DNA from: Candidatus Latescibacterota bacterium
GTDB lineage: Bacteria; Latescibacterota; UBA2968
Length of the DNA stretch: 64,000 nt
Assembly (NCBI GenBank): GCA_965208125.1
Contig: OZ242320.1
Coordinates: 1,472,001 to 1,536,000, forward strand
Direction of reading: 5' to 3'
A program made the translations under genes and the position numbers. The notes under the pieces were generated by a model, which was not told the origin of the DNA, did not search any database, and saw only the letters and a program-made list of their open reading frames with translations. Shown one piece after another: positions 46,218 to 56,367 of this stretch. The stretch's first letter is position 1, and each line of letters begins with the position of its first letter.

Positions 46218-49200
46218 ATGAAGCACAGACTGTTGTTTTTCAGTTTGATAGCCGTCGGTTTCCTATTTGCAGGAACCGGCGACCTGTGGGCGGGCAGCAC
46301 GGGTAAGATCAACGGAGTCGTTAAAGATGCCAACGGGCAGCCACTGCCGGGTGCCAACGTAGTCATCAGAGGCACTCAGCGCGGCGCTGTCACCGATGCC
46401 GATGGATACTACGCAATTATCCAGGCAGACCCGGGGCGCGTCACCCTCACCGGCTCTCTCGTCGGTTATGAGACCGTTCTGGTACAAGACGTCCTGATCA
46501 TCGCCGATCAGACCGTCACTGTGAATTTCTCGCTCAAAGAAGCCGCTGTAGAACTCGGCGAACTGATCGTCGTTGCCGATCGTCCACTCGTGGAACCGGA
46601 CAAAACCACGAGTAAATACACCGTAACCGTCGAAGAAACCGAACGCCTTTTGAGCATCGTGCGCAACACATCCGAGCTTTTGCAATTGCAGCCCGGCGTG
46701 GCAGTAGATGGTAGCAACCGCTTGCGCGGCAGCCGAGTCGGCGGCCCCGGATCCGGTTACAGCGATGTTGTATGGGGCAGCGACGTGGCTTATATGGTCG
46801 ATGGCATACGGATAAACTACAACGATGGCCGCGGTGCTGGCGGACAATTCCGAACCGTGAACCGCGGAGCGATCCAGGAATTGTCAGTGCTCACCGGTGT
46901 AACACCCGCCGAGTTTGGCAATGCACAGGCCGGTGTGGTACAAATCGTGACAAAAGACGGTGGCAATCAGTACAATGGCTGGGGCGAATTTCGCTATGAG
47001 CCTGCCGGGCAAAAGCACTGGGGCATGAATGTCTATGACGCTCCCCAACATCAGGACAAAATGCAGTGGGACAATCCCAACTGGCTGACGGAACGGCGTC
47101 CCGATCTGGGTTTGGACAACCAGACACTGACAGAATTGGCTGGCGAACCCCTGCATATTCGAGAGGACTACACAGAGGTCAGCGGTTGGGATGTAGAGGC
47201 AAATCTCTCGGGTCCCATTGGCACCAATGTCTCCTTTGTCGCCACGGCAAAACACGGCCGTTTAGCCAATCGCTATCCGGGATCCAAGCAGACGGGATTT
47301 TACAACGACCTCAACAGATTTATCCCCACGGGTCCAGACAACCTGACGCTTTCCGGTAGTTTCACCTTCAGGCCAAGCCCAAATCTGAAACTCAAACTGG
47401 GCGGGCTTTACCAGGGATATGAATACTGGTCAGACGGCGTGGCCGATCCCTATATCCGCACGGCAGATTCGCTTCCGGGCTTGCATCGGGGGCTGGGCAA
47501 CGGCGGTAGAGATCTGTTTTTGCCGCCAGATTGGTCGGGGGCTGGAAAACGCATGGAACGCGAAGAGATGCAATATCTGGTCGTGACCCACACACTCTCG
47601 CCCAAAACATTTTACGAAGTGCGCGTGTCGCGCAGCCGCTCATTAACAGATACCAGCGGCGTATATCACGCAACATCGGTCAACAACAGGGGCGAAGCCA
47701 ACTGGTTTAACACCGGGCGAACAGCCGCCCGCTGGAAAGTGGCCGACCGCAACCGCCTGGGCCTGAAGGTCGATTTGACTTCTCAGGTAACAAAGGGCCA
47801 CCTGCTCAAGGGCGGTATCGAATTTATGCGCCGGGACATCATGATGATGATCATCGCCAATGCCACCCCTGCGGATCGACATCTGATGTTTGTGGCAAAT
47901 GAGGGTCGGTTCGGAGACGACGGCGTCAAGCCGTATTCCATCAATACCTATGTGCAGGACAAGATGGAATTTGAGGGCATGATCGTGAACCTGGGATTGC
48001 GCATGGATGCTTTCAATCCCAATGCTCGCAGAATAACGCACGGTAGTGCCCGCGGTTCCGAAATGTTCCGCAGACCCAATCTGGCGCGAGATTACGCCTA
48101 TAATGAAGGATCGATCTGGTCAACACAAGCCCCCTGGCACGTGGTATTTAGCCCCCGAATCGGGATTTCGCATCCCATCACCGAACGGGCGCAGTTCCGG
48201 TTCTCGTCGGGTGTTTACCTGCAATGGGCCGACCTGTGGTTCTACTTTGGCGAAGACTTCTGGGTAGCGGGCAAAGCCGAAGACAGAGATGTCAACGGCA
48301 ACGGCCGCATCGACGACACAGAGCGCTACAACAACCTCGAAACCACTTATAGCGGTCGAAATGGCACGCACCTGTTGCGCCCCGCCAAAACCACCGCATT
48401 TGAAGTGGGTGCAGACTGGAACTTTGTCTCGGACTATACCATCGCACTAACGGCTTATTATCGCTCTGAGGTCGAGCAATTCACCCACTATCCCAACGAA
48501 ACCTGGCAGGGACCGTTCATCAGTCGCGTTCGCTATTCCCGCACCCTGGACAACGGTGCTTATGGGGATACGCGGGGCGTGGAACTCGCATTGCGCAAGC
48601 GGTTCAGCCACAACTTCTCGTTCAATTTGTCCTACAACTACCAGTGGGCGTCATTTACCACGGGCAAGCGCGGCAACGTGATACGCAACATCTACATGGA
48701 TGAGGAAGGTGTCAGAAAAGCTGCCGTCAACATCGCCTATACGCATCCCGAATTCGGCGTACCGGTTCCCGATTTGTGGGTAGAATGGGATCCCCACTCC
48801 TCGGGCAGCGAAGTGCCCAGACTGATGTCGCAGGAAGACATCGACCTGATTGCTGGGCAGGCCAACAATCGATACGAGGCCGCTACTGTGAATCAGGCTT
48901 ATGGCAAGACCCTGGGCACGGGCGAATGGGATGGCCTGCGCCCCCTCGAGGGACCGACCAAAGGCAAGGGCATTTACCTGCTCACCGGCGGTTATACCCA
49001 GCTATTCCTGAAACCGCGCGGGGGAGATCGAAGGCAATTTGGAACCGCCTCAATGCTGGCTTCCTTCCCGGCCGATTACGAACGGGGCGGAGCCATCGTC
49101 AGCAGAGTATTGCGCAACATGCGCATCAACCTGGTCACGCGGGTTGAAACGGGAGGATTGTTCCGCTATGCCCCGCCAGAAGGTGGCGTGCGGCCCTACC

Positions 49201-49472
49201 GCGAACTGGCTATGGACTCTCGCACAGACCTGGCATTGGAAAGGACCTTTGCCATGACGTCCAGAGTTCAAGCTTCGCTCTTCCTGGATATACGCAATAT
49301 GTTCAACCAGAAAGACCGAACAAGCCCGACCAACAGGAATGACTATACCTACTACGGGGTTGACGGACCCCGACCAACCGACAGCACCTACCTGCAATAC
49401 GGAGACGTGCGCGATCGCACTTACGCGCACACACCCAGGTTGACCCAGGTAGGCGTGCGATTTAACTGGTAG
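46218..49472 (+). CDS. TonB-dependent receptor with N-terminal carboxypeptidase-regulatory-like domain
   Basis: TGKINGVVKD..GQPLPGANV, LQPGV, YMVDG, AEFGNAQAGVVQIVTKDG plug motif, YVQDKME, SPRIGISHPIT, ends GVRFNW. Confidence 0.9.
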   Translation: MKHRLLFFSLIAVGFLFAGTGDLWAGSTGKINGVVKDANGQPLPGANVVIRGTQRGAVTDADGYYAIIQADPGRVTLTGSLVGYETVLVQDVLIIADQTVTVNFSLKEAAVELGELIVVADRPLVEPDKTTSKYTVTVEETERLLSIVRNTSELLQLQPGVAVDGSNRLRGSRVGGPGSGYSDVVWGSDVAYMVDGIRINYNDGRGAGGQFRTVNRGAIQELSVLTGVTPAEFGNAQAGVVQIVTKDGGNQYNGWGEFRYEPAGQKHWGMNVYDAPQHQDKMQWDNPNWLTERRPDLGLDNQTLTELAGEPLHIREDYTEVSGWDVEANLSGPIGTNVSFVATAKHGRLANRYPGSKQTGFYNDLNRFIPTGPDNLTLSGSFTFRPSPNLKLKLGGLYQGYEYWSDGVADPYIRTADSLPGLHRGLGNGGRDLFLPPDWSGAGKRMEREEMQYLVVTHTLSPKTFYEVRVSRSRSLTDTSGVYHATSVNNRGEANWFNTGRTAARWKVADRNRLGLKVDLTSQVTKGHLLKGGIEFMRRDIMMMIIANATPADRHLMFVANEGRFGDDGVKPYSINTYVQDKMEFEGMIVNLGLRMDAFNPNARRITHGSARGSEMFRRPNLARDYAYNEGSIWSTQAPWHVVFSPRIGISHPITERAQFRFSSGVYLQWADLWFYFGEDFWVAGKAEDRDVNGNGRIDDTERYNNLETTYSGRNGTHLLRPAKTTAFEVGADWNFVSDYTIALTAYYRSEVEQFTHYPNETWQGPFISRVRYSRTLDNGAYGDTRGVELALRKRFSHNFSFNLSYNYQWASFTTGKRGNVIRNIYMDEEGVRKAAVNIAYTHPEFGVPVPDLWVEWDPHSSGSEVPRLMSQEDIDLIAGQANNRYEAATVNQAYGKTLGTGEWDGLRPLEGPTKGKGIYLLTGGYTQLFLKPRGGDRRQFGTASMLASFPADYERGGAIVSRVLRNMRINLVTRVETGGLFRYAPPEGGVRPYRELAMDSRTDLALERTFAMTSRVQASLFLDIRNMFNQKDRTSPTNRNDYTYYGVDGPRPTDSTYLQYGDVRDRTYAHTPRLTQVGVRFNW

Positions 49473-49473
49473 C

Positions 49474-49515
49474 GGGTTGTGCGAGTGGGCTACAAGACCC
49501 ACTCGCATACCCTTT
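49474..49515 (+). terminator. Strong intercistronic hairpin (weak terminator or mRNA stabiliser)
   Basis: GGGT.GTGCGAGTGGG / CCCACTCGCATACCC followed by only three T. Confidence 0.6.
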
Positions 49516-49547
49516 CCGAAACCCATTGAAGGAGGGCGAGGAACAAT

Positions 49548-51980
49548 ATGACGCGATTTAAAATTTTTACAGGATGGGTCGCAATATGCGCCGCGGTGGG
49601 AGCTATTATAGCTACCGATGCCACAGCGCAATTCGACCCGAACATAATCCCTTTCAGGGAAAACACCAGGGCATTGATCTCCAATTCCTGGAACAACATG
49701 GGCATCCAGGGAGGCAGCCCCGAAATTAACCGCGGCGGCGACCGAAATGCCTATCCCCACAATGGCGTGGGACCGGGTTCCTTCGGACAGGTGTTGTCCC
49801 AATTCACAAGCGGACCAAAATCCCAAGTCTATAACGACTACAAAACCTCAATGGGCGATGGTTTGTGGATTTTGACATCCGACGGACAAATCAGTTTGAC
49901 CGGGCCACGACCTTCGCCGTGGATCAGGGATTTTATTCGTCCATTGCCCTATGATCCCAAAGGCAACGAAGAAGAACACTGGGGCGTCCCCAACCCACTG
50001 CGGACACTCGGAGATGCCTCAAACGTACTTGCCACTTCGGGCGGCTGGAGCGGCGGTGGATCAGAACCGTGGCTGTCCAATTACTGGCCCGGTGTAACAC
50101 AGGCAGATTTCGGAAGCTATTACGGGACCGAGTTAGATCCCTCCAAAACCAGTCCCCTGGTCATTGGAAACTACAATCTGAGTGGCTATATCGTCGATCT
50201 GTCGCTCCCCGAAGAAACCATCATCACCCGCTGGGTACACATCAAACAGGGTATTCAGGTAACGCGGCGGGTCTATAATTGGAGCCACCCGGACTTTGAC
50301 GATTTTTATCTCGTAGATTTGACATTCACCAACACGGGTGATTTCGACGGGGATGGGCAGGAAGACAATCCCGGCGGCACAGCCACGCAGTACGATATCT
50401 ATTTTTCGTTTGTAAACTCTTGGGTGTCCGCAGCAATGGGCGTTATGCAAGCATTTGGCTGGGATGGTTATGTGACGTCGGGTGGTCGCGGTGTGGATGA
50501 TATTTATTTTTATTCCGATGCGAGCAACTACGCGGGTGCGTTTGACCCCGGGTATAAAGCCAGCATTTTCCGCGATTCCGACAACCCATTGTCGCCATAC
50601 GACGACACGGGCGACCCGTATTTCAAACGACTGGGCCATACCGATTCGGATGCGGTTGATGCAACCGAAGGCCAGCTTCGCGCACCGCAACACATCGTGA
50701 TGGCACCCATCGCGTTTACCGATGCACCGGGGCTACACGCCTTTAACACCCGGGACATGGGCAAATACGTCCAGCCACAGGGCGACCAGCCCTTCTCGGC
50801 GCAGTGGTGGCAGGCGCGGTCCAAAGACGACTTTGACGATCCCTATACGGAAAAAGACACCGAATCCCAGATGTATGGTGAGATGCTAAAAGGGGGAACC
50901 AAAGACAACCCGAACGAGAACAATGTAGATGACCGAAAATTTTACATTTTCTCGCAAGTCTATGGTCCGTACACGCTTCAGGCAGGCGAAAGTGCCAAGA
51001 TCGTGATGGCTTATGTCGCCGGTCACCCGGCTCAGATAAAGAACCAGGATATACTGACCTGGGACCGTTCGGATGTGCCGGTAGAAACAAAGATCCAGGA
51101 ATTCAAAACCCTGGGCGAGCAAGCGGCATTTGAGAATTTGCAACTCGCGCACTTTATTTACGATTCCAATTTCCACCATCCACCGGCACCGACGAACGCA
51201 TTTATCGCCGCCGATGACCTGACTTCCAGCGGATTTGCCCGCCAACAGATTTCGTGGATCGACGATGCCGACCGCGCGGTCAATCCCTACACCGGACAAC
51301 AGGACATCGCGGGCTACCGCGTCTATCGCTCCACCTGGTTCGGATGGGGTCCCTGGAAATTGCACGACACCGTACTAAAAGGGCAAAGCGGTTCCAGCCT
51401 CAACGGCCAGTGGTCGCTCGCTGGCGGCAAGTACACCTATGAAGATCTGGATACGGCCGCCGGGTTTGCATATCACTACTCGGTGCGACCCTACAACAGC
51501 GGATATAGCGACTGGATGGGCAGCGGAATGACAATCGCGGATTTGCCGACAGGCAGGGCGCGCGCCAATGCTACGGGTGGGTACGAGAGCGGTTGGGGAC
51601 CTGCCACTGCGCGCACCTACGACGCCGATGACAGACGGCCCTTCCAGCCGACCACTACCGAAACCGATCAGCTCGACCGAAAAGTAACGGTGGTGCCAAA
51701 TCCCTATTTCGTGGATGGCAAGCACCAATATCCCAGAAGCCGAAATCTGCGCTTTGTGGGGATTCCCCAAAAGTGCAAAATCCACATCTTTTCGGCTTCT
51801 GGCGACAGGGTCTATACCGTCACGCACGATAATCCAGACCGGGGCGAAGCCTCGTTTCGGCAGGTGACGTACAATCTGGCTGGCGAAATCCAGACCGGAC
51901 TGTACTACTTCGTCGTCGTATCCGAAACCCCGGGCAGCGAAAACAAGATCCAGCGCGGTACTTTTGTGGTGATTAAGTAG
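49548..51980 (+). CDS. Secreted protein with T9SS-like C-terminal sorting domain
   Basis: Signal peptide, Fn3-like IAGYRVYRS, and CTD KVTVVPNPY...KIHIFSASGDRV...TGLYYFVV...GTFVVIK. Confidence 0.78.
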   Translation: MTRFKIFTGWVAICAAVGAIIATDATAQFDPNIIPFRENTRALISNSWNNMGIQGGSPEINRGGDRNAYPHNGVGPGSFGQVLSQFTSGPKSQVYNDYKTSMGDGLWILTSDGQISLTGPRPSPWIRDFIRPLPYDPKGNEEEHWGVPNPLRTLGDASNVLATSGGWSGGGSEPWLSNYWPGVTQADFGSYYGTELDPSKTSPLVIGNYNLSGYIVDLSLPEETIITRWVHIKQGIQVTRRVYNWSHPDFDDFYLVDLTFTNTGDFDGDGQEDNPGGTATQYDIYFSFVNSWVSAAMGVMQAFGWDGYVTSGGRGVDDIYFYSDASNYAGAFDPGYKASIFRDSDNPLSPYDDTGDPYFKRLGHTDSDAVDATEGQLRAPQHIVMAPIAFTDAPGLHAFNTRDMGKYVQPQGDQPFSAQWWQARSKDDFDDPYTEKDTESQMYGEMLKGGTKDNPNENNVDDRKFYIFSQVYGPYTLQAGESAKIVMAYVAGHPAQIKNQDILTWDRSDVPVETKIQEFKTLGEQAAFENLQLAHFIYDSNFHHPPAPTNAFIAADDLTSSGFARQQISWIDDADRAVNPYTGQQDIAGYRVYRSTWFGWGPWKLHDTVLKGQSGSSLNGQWSLAGGKYTYEDLDTAAGFAYHYSVRPYNSGYSDWMGSGMTIADLPTGRARANATGGYESGWGPATARTYDADDRRPFQPTTTETDQLDRKVTVVPNPYFVDGKHQYPRSRNLRFVGIPQKCKIHIFSASGDRVYTVTHDNPDRGEASFRQVTYNLAGEIQTGLYYFVVVSETPGSENKIQRGTFVVIK

Positions 51981-51998
51981 CCGAAGGAGGTATTCATT

Positions 51999-52997
51999 GT
52001 GAAACAGAAAAATCTCATACTTACAGCGTTCCTGAGCCTGCTGCTGATCGCCAGTCCCGCTCTGGGGCTTGAATATGAAGGCGTAACCGCGATCGAAGGG
52101 GTCAAGAAAGTCAACATCGCAGGCATGCAGTTTTTGAAAATTGGACAGGGTGCTCGTGCCGTGGGGATGGGTGATTCATACACGGCAATTGCCGATGATA
52201 TCAACGCCATCTTCTGGAACGGCGCCGGGCTGACCCATGTGGAAAGGTTCGCCTATCAGGCCAATTACACCAAATGGCTGGCAGGCACAGAACTGTATTC
52301 GGCGGCAGCCGTCTTCAACACCCACTCGTCTCGGGGTGAAGTTCTGGGTATCAGCCTGATTACACAGCAGGTCGAACCCATCGAAGAAACCACCATCTTC
52401 CAGCCGAGTGGAACGGGTCAATTTGTCGATGTGAACTACATGGCGGTGGGCTTGCTCTACGCCATAAAATTCACAGATAAATTCTCGTTCAGCGCCAAAG
52501 CCAACTATGTGCAGGAAAAGCTCTACACGCAAAGGACCAGTACATTTACCATAGACCTGGGCAGCCATTTCTATACCGGGTTTAGAAGCCTGCGCGTGGC
52601 CATGTCGTTCAAGAACTTCGGCCCAGACCAGAAATCCAGGGAAGAGGCATTCTCCTACCTGATGCCCCTGACTTACAACATGGGCCTGGCCGCCGAAGTC
52701 TATGGCGAAAAAGGCGATCCGACCTATTTGACGCTGGCAGCCGAGAGCGTATTCCCCGTAGATTTCGAGCAACGCTATCACTTTGGAGCCGAACTCTGGG
52801 TCCAGAACATGGTAGCTGTGCGCGCGGGCTATAAGTGGAATTACGACCTCGAGTCCTTTGCCTTTGGCGCTGGCGTCAAGCAGACAGTGGGTGGGCGTAC
52901 CTTCGTGGTAGATGTGTCCTATTCGCTGCTGAAGGATATTGACGGCGTGGCACTATTCGACTCGCCGCTACGCATATCAATAGGTGGCACGTTCTAA
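51999..52997 (+). CDS. PorV/PorQ-family (UPF0164) outer-membrane protein
   Basis: FLKIGQGARAVGMG...AIADDINAIFWNGAGL, VRAGY, ends ISIGGTF. Confidence 0.88.
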   Translation: MKQKNLILTAFLSLLLIASPALGLEYEGVTAIEGVKKVNIAGMQFLKIGQGARAVGMGDSYTAIADDINAIFWNGAGLTHVERFAYQANYTKWLAGTELYSAAAVFNTHSSRGEVLGISLITQQVEPIEETTIFQPSGTGQFVDVNYMAVGLLYAIKFTDKFSFSAKANYVQEKLYTQRTSTFTIDLGSHFYTGFRSLRVAMSFKNFGPDQKSREEAFSYLMPLTYNMGLAAEVYGEKGDPTYLTLAAESVFPVDFEQRYHFGAELWVQNMVAVRAGYKWNYDLESFAFGAGVKQTVGGRTFVVDVSYSLLKDIDGVALFDSPLRISIGGTF

Positions 52998-53044
52998 TGA
53001 ACGGCTATCGCAGTTTCTGCGATTTCTACAGTTTGTACATCTTT

Positions 53045-53083
53045 AGGGCGACTGCCGGGGTTGCACCCTGGCAATCGCCCTTT
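53045..53083 (+). terminator. Hairpin downstream of the porV-like gene
   Basis: AGGGCGA.TGCCGGG / CCCTGGCA.TCGCCCT followed by TT. Confidence 0.55.
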
Positions 53084-53099
53084 GTATTCTGTGCAAAAA

Positions 53100-54944
53100 A
53101 TGCCTACAAATCAACGCGAGAAAACCTGGCCTCTCGTCGCGGTGGGATTGGCTGCCTTTCTGGTATTCGCAAACAGTCTCGGCAACGGATTGGTCTATGA
53201 CGATCACTTTCTGATCGAACGCAACCGATTGCTTCGCGAAGCCGATGTGTGGGGCATTTTAACCACGCATTACTGGGCCGGATACGAGGGTGAAGCCAAC
53301 GTCAACGGGCAATATCGCCCCCTCACAGTCCTGTCTTTTATGCTGGATGGTCTGGGAGGGATTTGGCCCTTTCGATTTCACCTGACCAATACAATCCTGC
53401 ATGGGGTCAACAGCCTCCTCGCCTATCTCCTCTGCCTGAGTCTGGGACTAAAACGGGGCGCAATCCTATCCGCATTGTTATTTGCCGTACATCCCATCCA
53501 TGCCGAAGTCGTCGCTGGCATAACATTTGGGCGCGCAGATCTATTGACAGGCCTGTTTTCTCTATCAGCCCTGCTCCTGTACATCCTCTGGCACAACCGG
53601 AGCGCGGAAAAGTACTACGGATTGGCCCTCGTGGGATTCTTTCTCGCCTTGCTCTCCAAAGAAAGCGCGATAACCGTACTTGGCCTGATCATCGCCGTCG
53701 ATTTGACCCTGTCCCGCGGGAATGGGATACGCAATCTCCTGTGGCAACGCAGCGCGCGCTGGGCTGGCTTCATCGGGATTTTTGTCCTCTATCTAACCAT
53801 GCGAAAAGTCGCTGCGGGCCTGGGATTCTCAGCCGAAAATATACTCGCTCTCAACAACCCACTCATAGACCAGCCCCTCGACCACAGACTCCTGACAGCC
53901 GCCGGACTCTTTTGGAAATACTGCATTCTCATTTTGTTTCCCATCAAATTATCCGTAGATTACTCTTATAATGCCATACCCGTCATCACCTCTATACTCA
54001 CACCCGAAGCAATAGCGGGCATACTCCTCGGCATCGCGGGACTATTATTGTGGGCAGGTGCTTTTTACAAGCACTGGCCCTGCGTATTTTTTGCTCTATC
54101 ATTATTCTTTGTACCCTATTCAGCCGTATCACAAACACTCGTCCTCATCAACGCCATTTTTCAGGAGCGATTTTTATACATCCCAGTTCTCGGTTTATTC
54201 ACGCTGTGTGGCCTGGGATTTGAACACCTTGAAAAACACCGCAAAACAGTCGCCATTGCCCTCGCCGCCCTCATCCTCATGGCCTATAGTGCCCGAACAA
54301 TTGTCCGAAACGCGGACTGGCGAGACGACTTAACACTTTATCAGAGTGCAGCAACAGCATACCCCAAAAGCGCGAAAATGCAACACGCTCTGGGCGACGC
54401 CCTATCCGAACGCGGCAGAATGTCCGAAGCGGAAACAGCTTACAGAAATGCCCTATCAGTGCGAGAAAATGCCCTCACCTATAACAACCTGGGAAATCTC
54501 TATGCCGCAACAGCCCGTTTTAAAAACGCAACAGCCGCGTATCAAAAAGCAGTGGAAATAGAACCGCATTACGTCGAAGCCTATATGAACAAAGGACTCG
54601 CAGCAATGCAGGCCGGGCAAATAACCGACGCGCATTCGGCCTTTGAACGAGCCGCGGTTCTCAACCCAACCAGCGCAGAAATCTTCTACAACCTGGGCGT
54701 GGTCCGCGAAAAATTGGCCCAGCCCGCACAGGCAACAACAGCTTATGCCCGCGCCATCGCATTGCGCCCAGATTGGGCTGAAGCGTATTTCAACCTGGGA
54801 AAAGCCCATCGGGACAACGGCGAAAAAATCGCAGCCATACAGGCGTACACGCGCTTTATAGAACTCTGGCGGGGAGACCCGCAAGTCGCGCAACTGGCAC
54901 GCCGTGAATTGGAAATGCTCAATGAAAAACCCCTTGCCCGATAG
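53100..54944 (+). CDS. TMTC-like GT-C membrane glycosyltransferase with TPR repeats
   Basis: YDD, YRPLT, FHLTN, LFAVHPIHAEVV..GRADL, LLSKE, LSVDYS, ERFLY, RNADW, then TPRs. Confidence 0.85.
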   Translation: MPTNQREKTWPLVAVGLAAFLVFANSLGNGLVYDDHFLIERNRLLREADVWGILTTHYWAGYEGEANVNGQYRPLTVLSFMLDGLGGIWPFRFHLTNTILHGVNSLLAYLLCLSLGLKRGAILSALLFAVHPIHAEVVAGITFGRADLLTGLFSLSALLLYILWHNRSAEKYYGLALVGFFLALLSKESAITVLGLIIAVDLTLSRGNGIRNLLWQRSARWAGFIGIFVLYLTMRKVAAGLGFSAENILALNNPLIDQPLDHRLLTAAGLFWKYCILILFPIKLSVDYSYNAIPVITSILTPEAIAGILLGIAGLLLWAGAFYKHWPCVFFALSLFFVPYSAVSQTLVLINAIFQERFLYIPVLGLFTLCGLGFEHLEKHRKTVAIALAALILMAYSARTIVRNADWRDDLTLYQSAATAYPKSAKMQHALGDALSERGRMSEAETAYRNALSVRENALTYNNLGNLYAATARFKNATAAYQKAVEIEPHYVEAYMNKGLAAMQAGQITDAHSAFERAAVLNPTSAEIFYNLGVVREKLAQPAQATTAYARAIALRPDWAEAYFNLGKAHRDNGEKIAAIQAYTRFIELWRGDPQVAQLARRELEMLNEKPLAR

Positions 54945-56340
54945 TCGTGCCATACGGAAGTTCTTCGACGAAGCTGCCGAAAACCGGGATCGTTGGCGCA
55001 GGCGCAATCGCACCTATCACGAAGAAGTCTTGCGATTTTGCCGCTGCGCTGTGCCCGAAGGATCGTCTGTCCTGGTCATAGGATGCGGCACCGGCGACCT
55101 GCTCGCGGGCCTGAAACCGGGACGGGGACTCGGCATTGACTTCAGCGAAGCAATGATAAAACGCGCGCGCAAAAAATACCCCGACCTGAGATTTCGCGCA
55201 GGACGCGCCGAAAACTTGCCCGAAGGGGAGCGATTCGAATGGATCATCTTATCGGACCTGCTGGGTTTTCTGCCGGACATCCAGCGCGTATTCAGCGAAC
55301 TGTGGAAAGTCGTACTGCCCGGCTCCCGCGTCCTGATCACGCACTACAATCCCCTGTGGAAACCCGTGCTAAAAACCGGAGAAATATTTCGCCTAAAAAT
55401 GCCCGAACCCGTGCAAAACTGGTTGACACACCGGGACATTCAGAATTTACTTTATCTATCGGGCTTTGAAGAAATTCGACGGGAAACCCGTCTGTTTTTG
55501 CCCCGCCGCGTACCCCTTCTCGCGTGGCTTGCCAATCGCCTTTTGGCAAGAGTACCGGGATTGAGACGCCTGTGTCTCATACAAACACTCGTCGCCCGCC
55601 CCGTCTTTCCCGCACGGGAAGCATCCGCAGTCACTTGCTCGGTCATAATACCCTGCAAAAACGAGCGCGGCACAGTGGAAGCGGCAATTGCGCGCACACC
55701 TGCGATGGGAGCGCATACAGAACTAATCTTTGTCGTGGGACATTCAACAGACGGCACTGCCGAAGAAGTCGAGCGATGCATGGCGGCATATAGCGGAACA
55801 GACATCCGCCTGATCCGGCAAACCGGAACGGGCAAAGGGGACGCCGTACGACAGGGATTTGACGCAGCCAGAGGCGATATATTGATAATCCTGGACGGCG
55901 ACCTGACCGTCGCCCCAGAGGAACTGCCCAAATTCTTCGACGCCCTCGTATCCGGCCGCGCCGACCTCGCAGTGGGATCCCGCCTCGTATATCCCATGGA
56001 ACAACAGGCCATGCGATTTCTGAACCTTCTGGGCAACCGATTTTTCGGCTGGGTATTGAGTTGCCTCCTGGGGCAACGCATTCTGGACACCCTGTGCGGC
56101 ACCAAAGTCCTGTTTGCCTCGGACTACAAAAAATTGACCAGAGCGCGTCGAGACGTATGTGACTTCGATCCCTTTGGCGACTTTGATCTCCTCCTCGGCG
56201 CGTCCAAACTCGTTCGCAAAATAGTAGAAGTACCCGTGCGCTATCGGGATCGGGTGTACGGAAAAACGCAGATCCACCGCTTTCGGCACGGCTTTTTGCT
56301 ATTGCGCGTTTGCTGGACTGCTTTTCGCAAGCTGCATTGA
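54922..56340 (+). CDS. SAM methyltransferase-GT2 glycosyltransferase fusion
   Basis: VIGCGTG..GIDFS SAM motif, then SVIIPCKNE, STDGT, GKGDAV, LDGD, DTLCGTK (DPM-synthase-like). Confidence 0.88.
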   Translation: MKNPLPDSRAIRKFFDEAAENRDRWRRRNRTYHEEVLRFCRCAVPEGSSVLVIGCGTGDLLAGLKPGRGLGIDFSEAMIKRARKKYPDLRFRAGRAENLPEGERFEWIILSDLLGFLPDIQRVFSELWKVVLPGSRVLITHYNPLWKPVLKTGEIFRLKMPEPVQNWLTHRDIQNLLYLSGFEEIRRETRLFLPRRVPLLAWLANRLLARVPGLRRLCLIQTLVARPVFPAREASAVTCSVIIPCKNERGTVEAAIARTPAMGAHTELIFVVGHSTDGTAEEVERCMAAYSGTDIRLIRQTGTGKGDAVRQGFDAARGDILIILDGDLTVAPEELPKFFDALVSGRADLAVGSRLVYPMEQQAMRFLNLLGNRFFGWVLSCLLGQRILDTLCGTKVLFASDYKKLTRARRDVCDFDPFGDFDLLLGASKLVRKIVEVPVRYRDRVYGKTQIHRFRHGFLLLRVCWTAFRKLH

Positions 56341-56367
56341 ACGGTGTATCCTTTCAGGAGACATACC

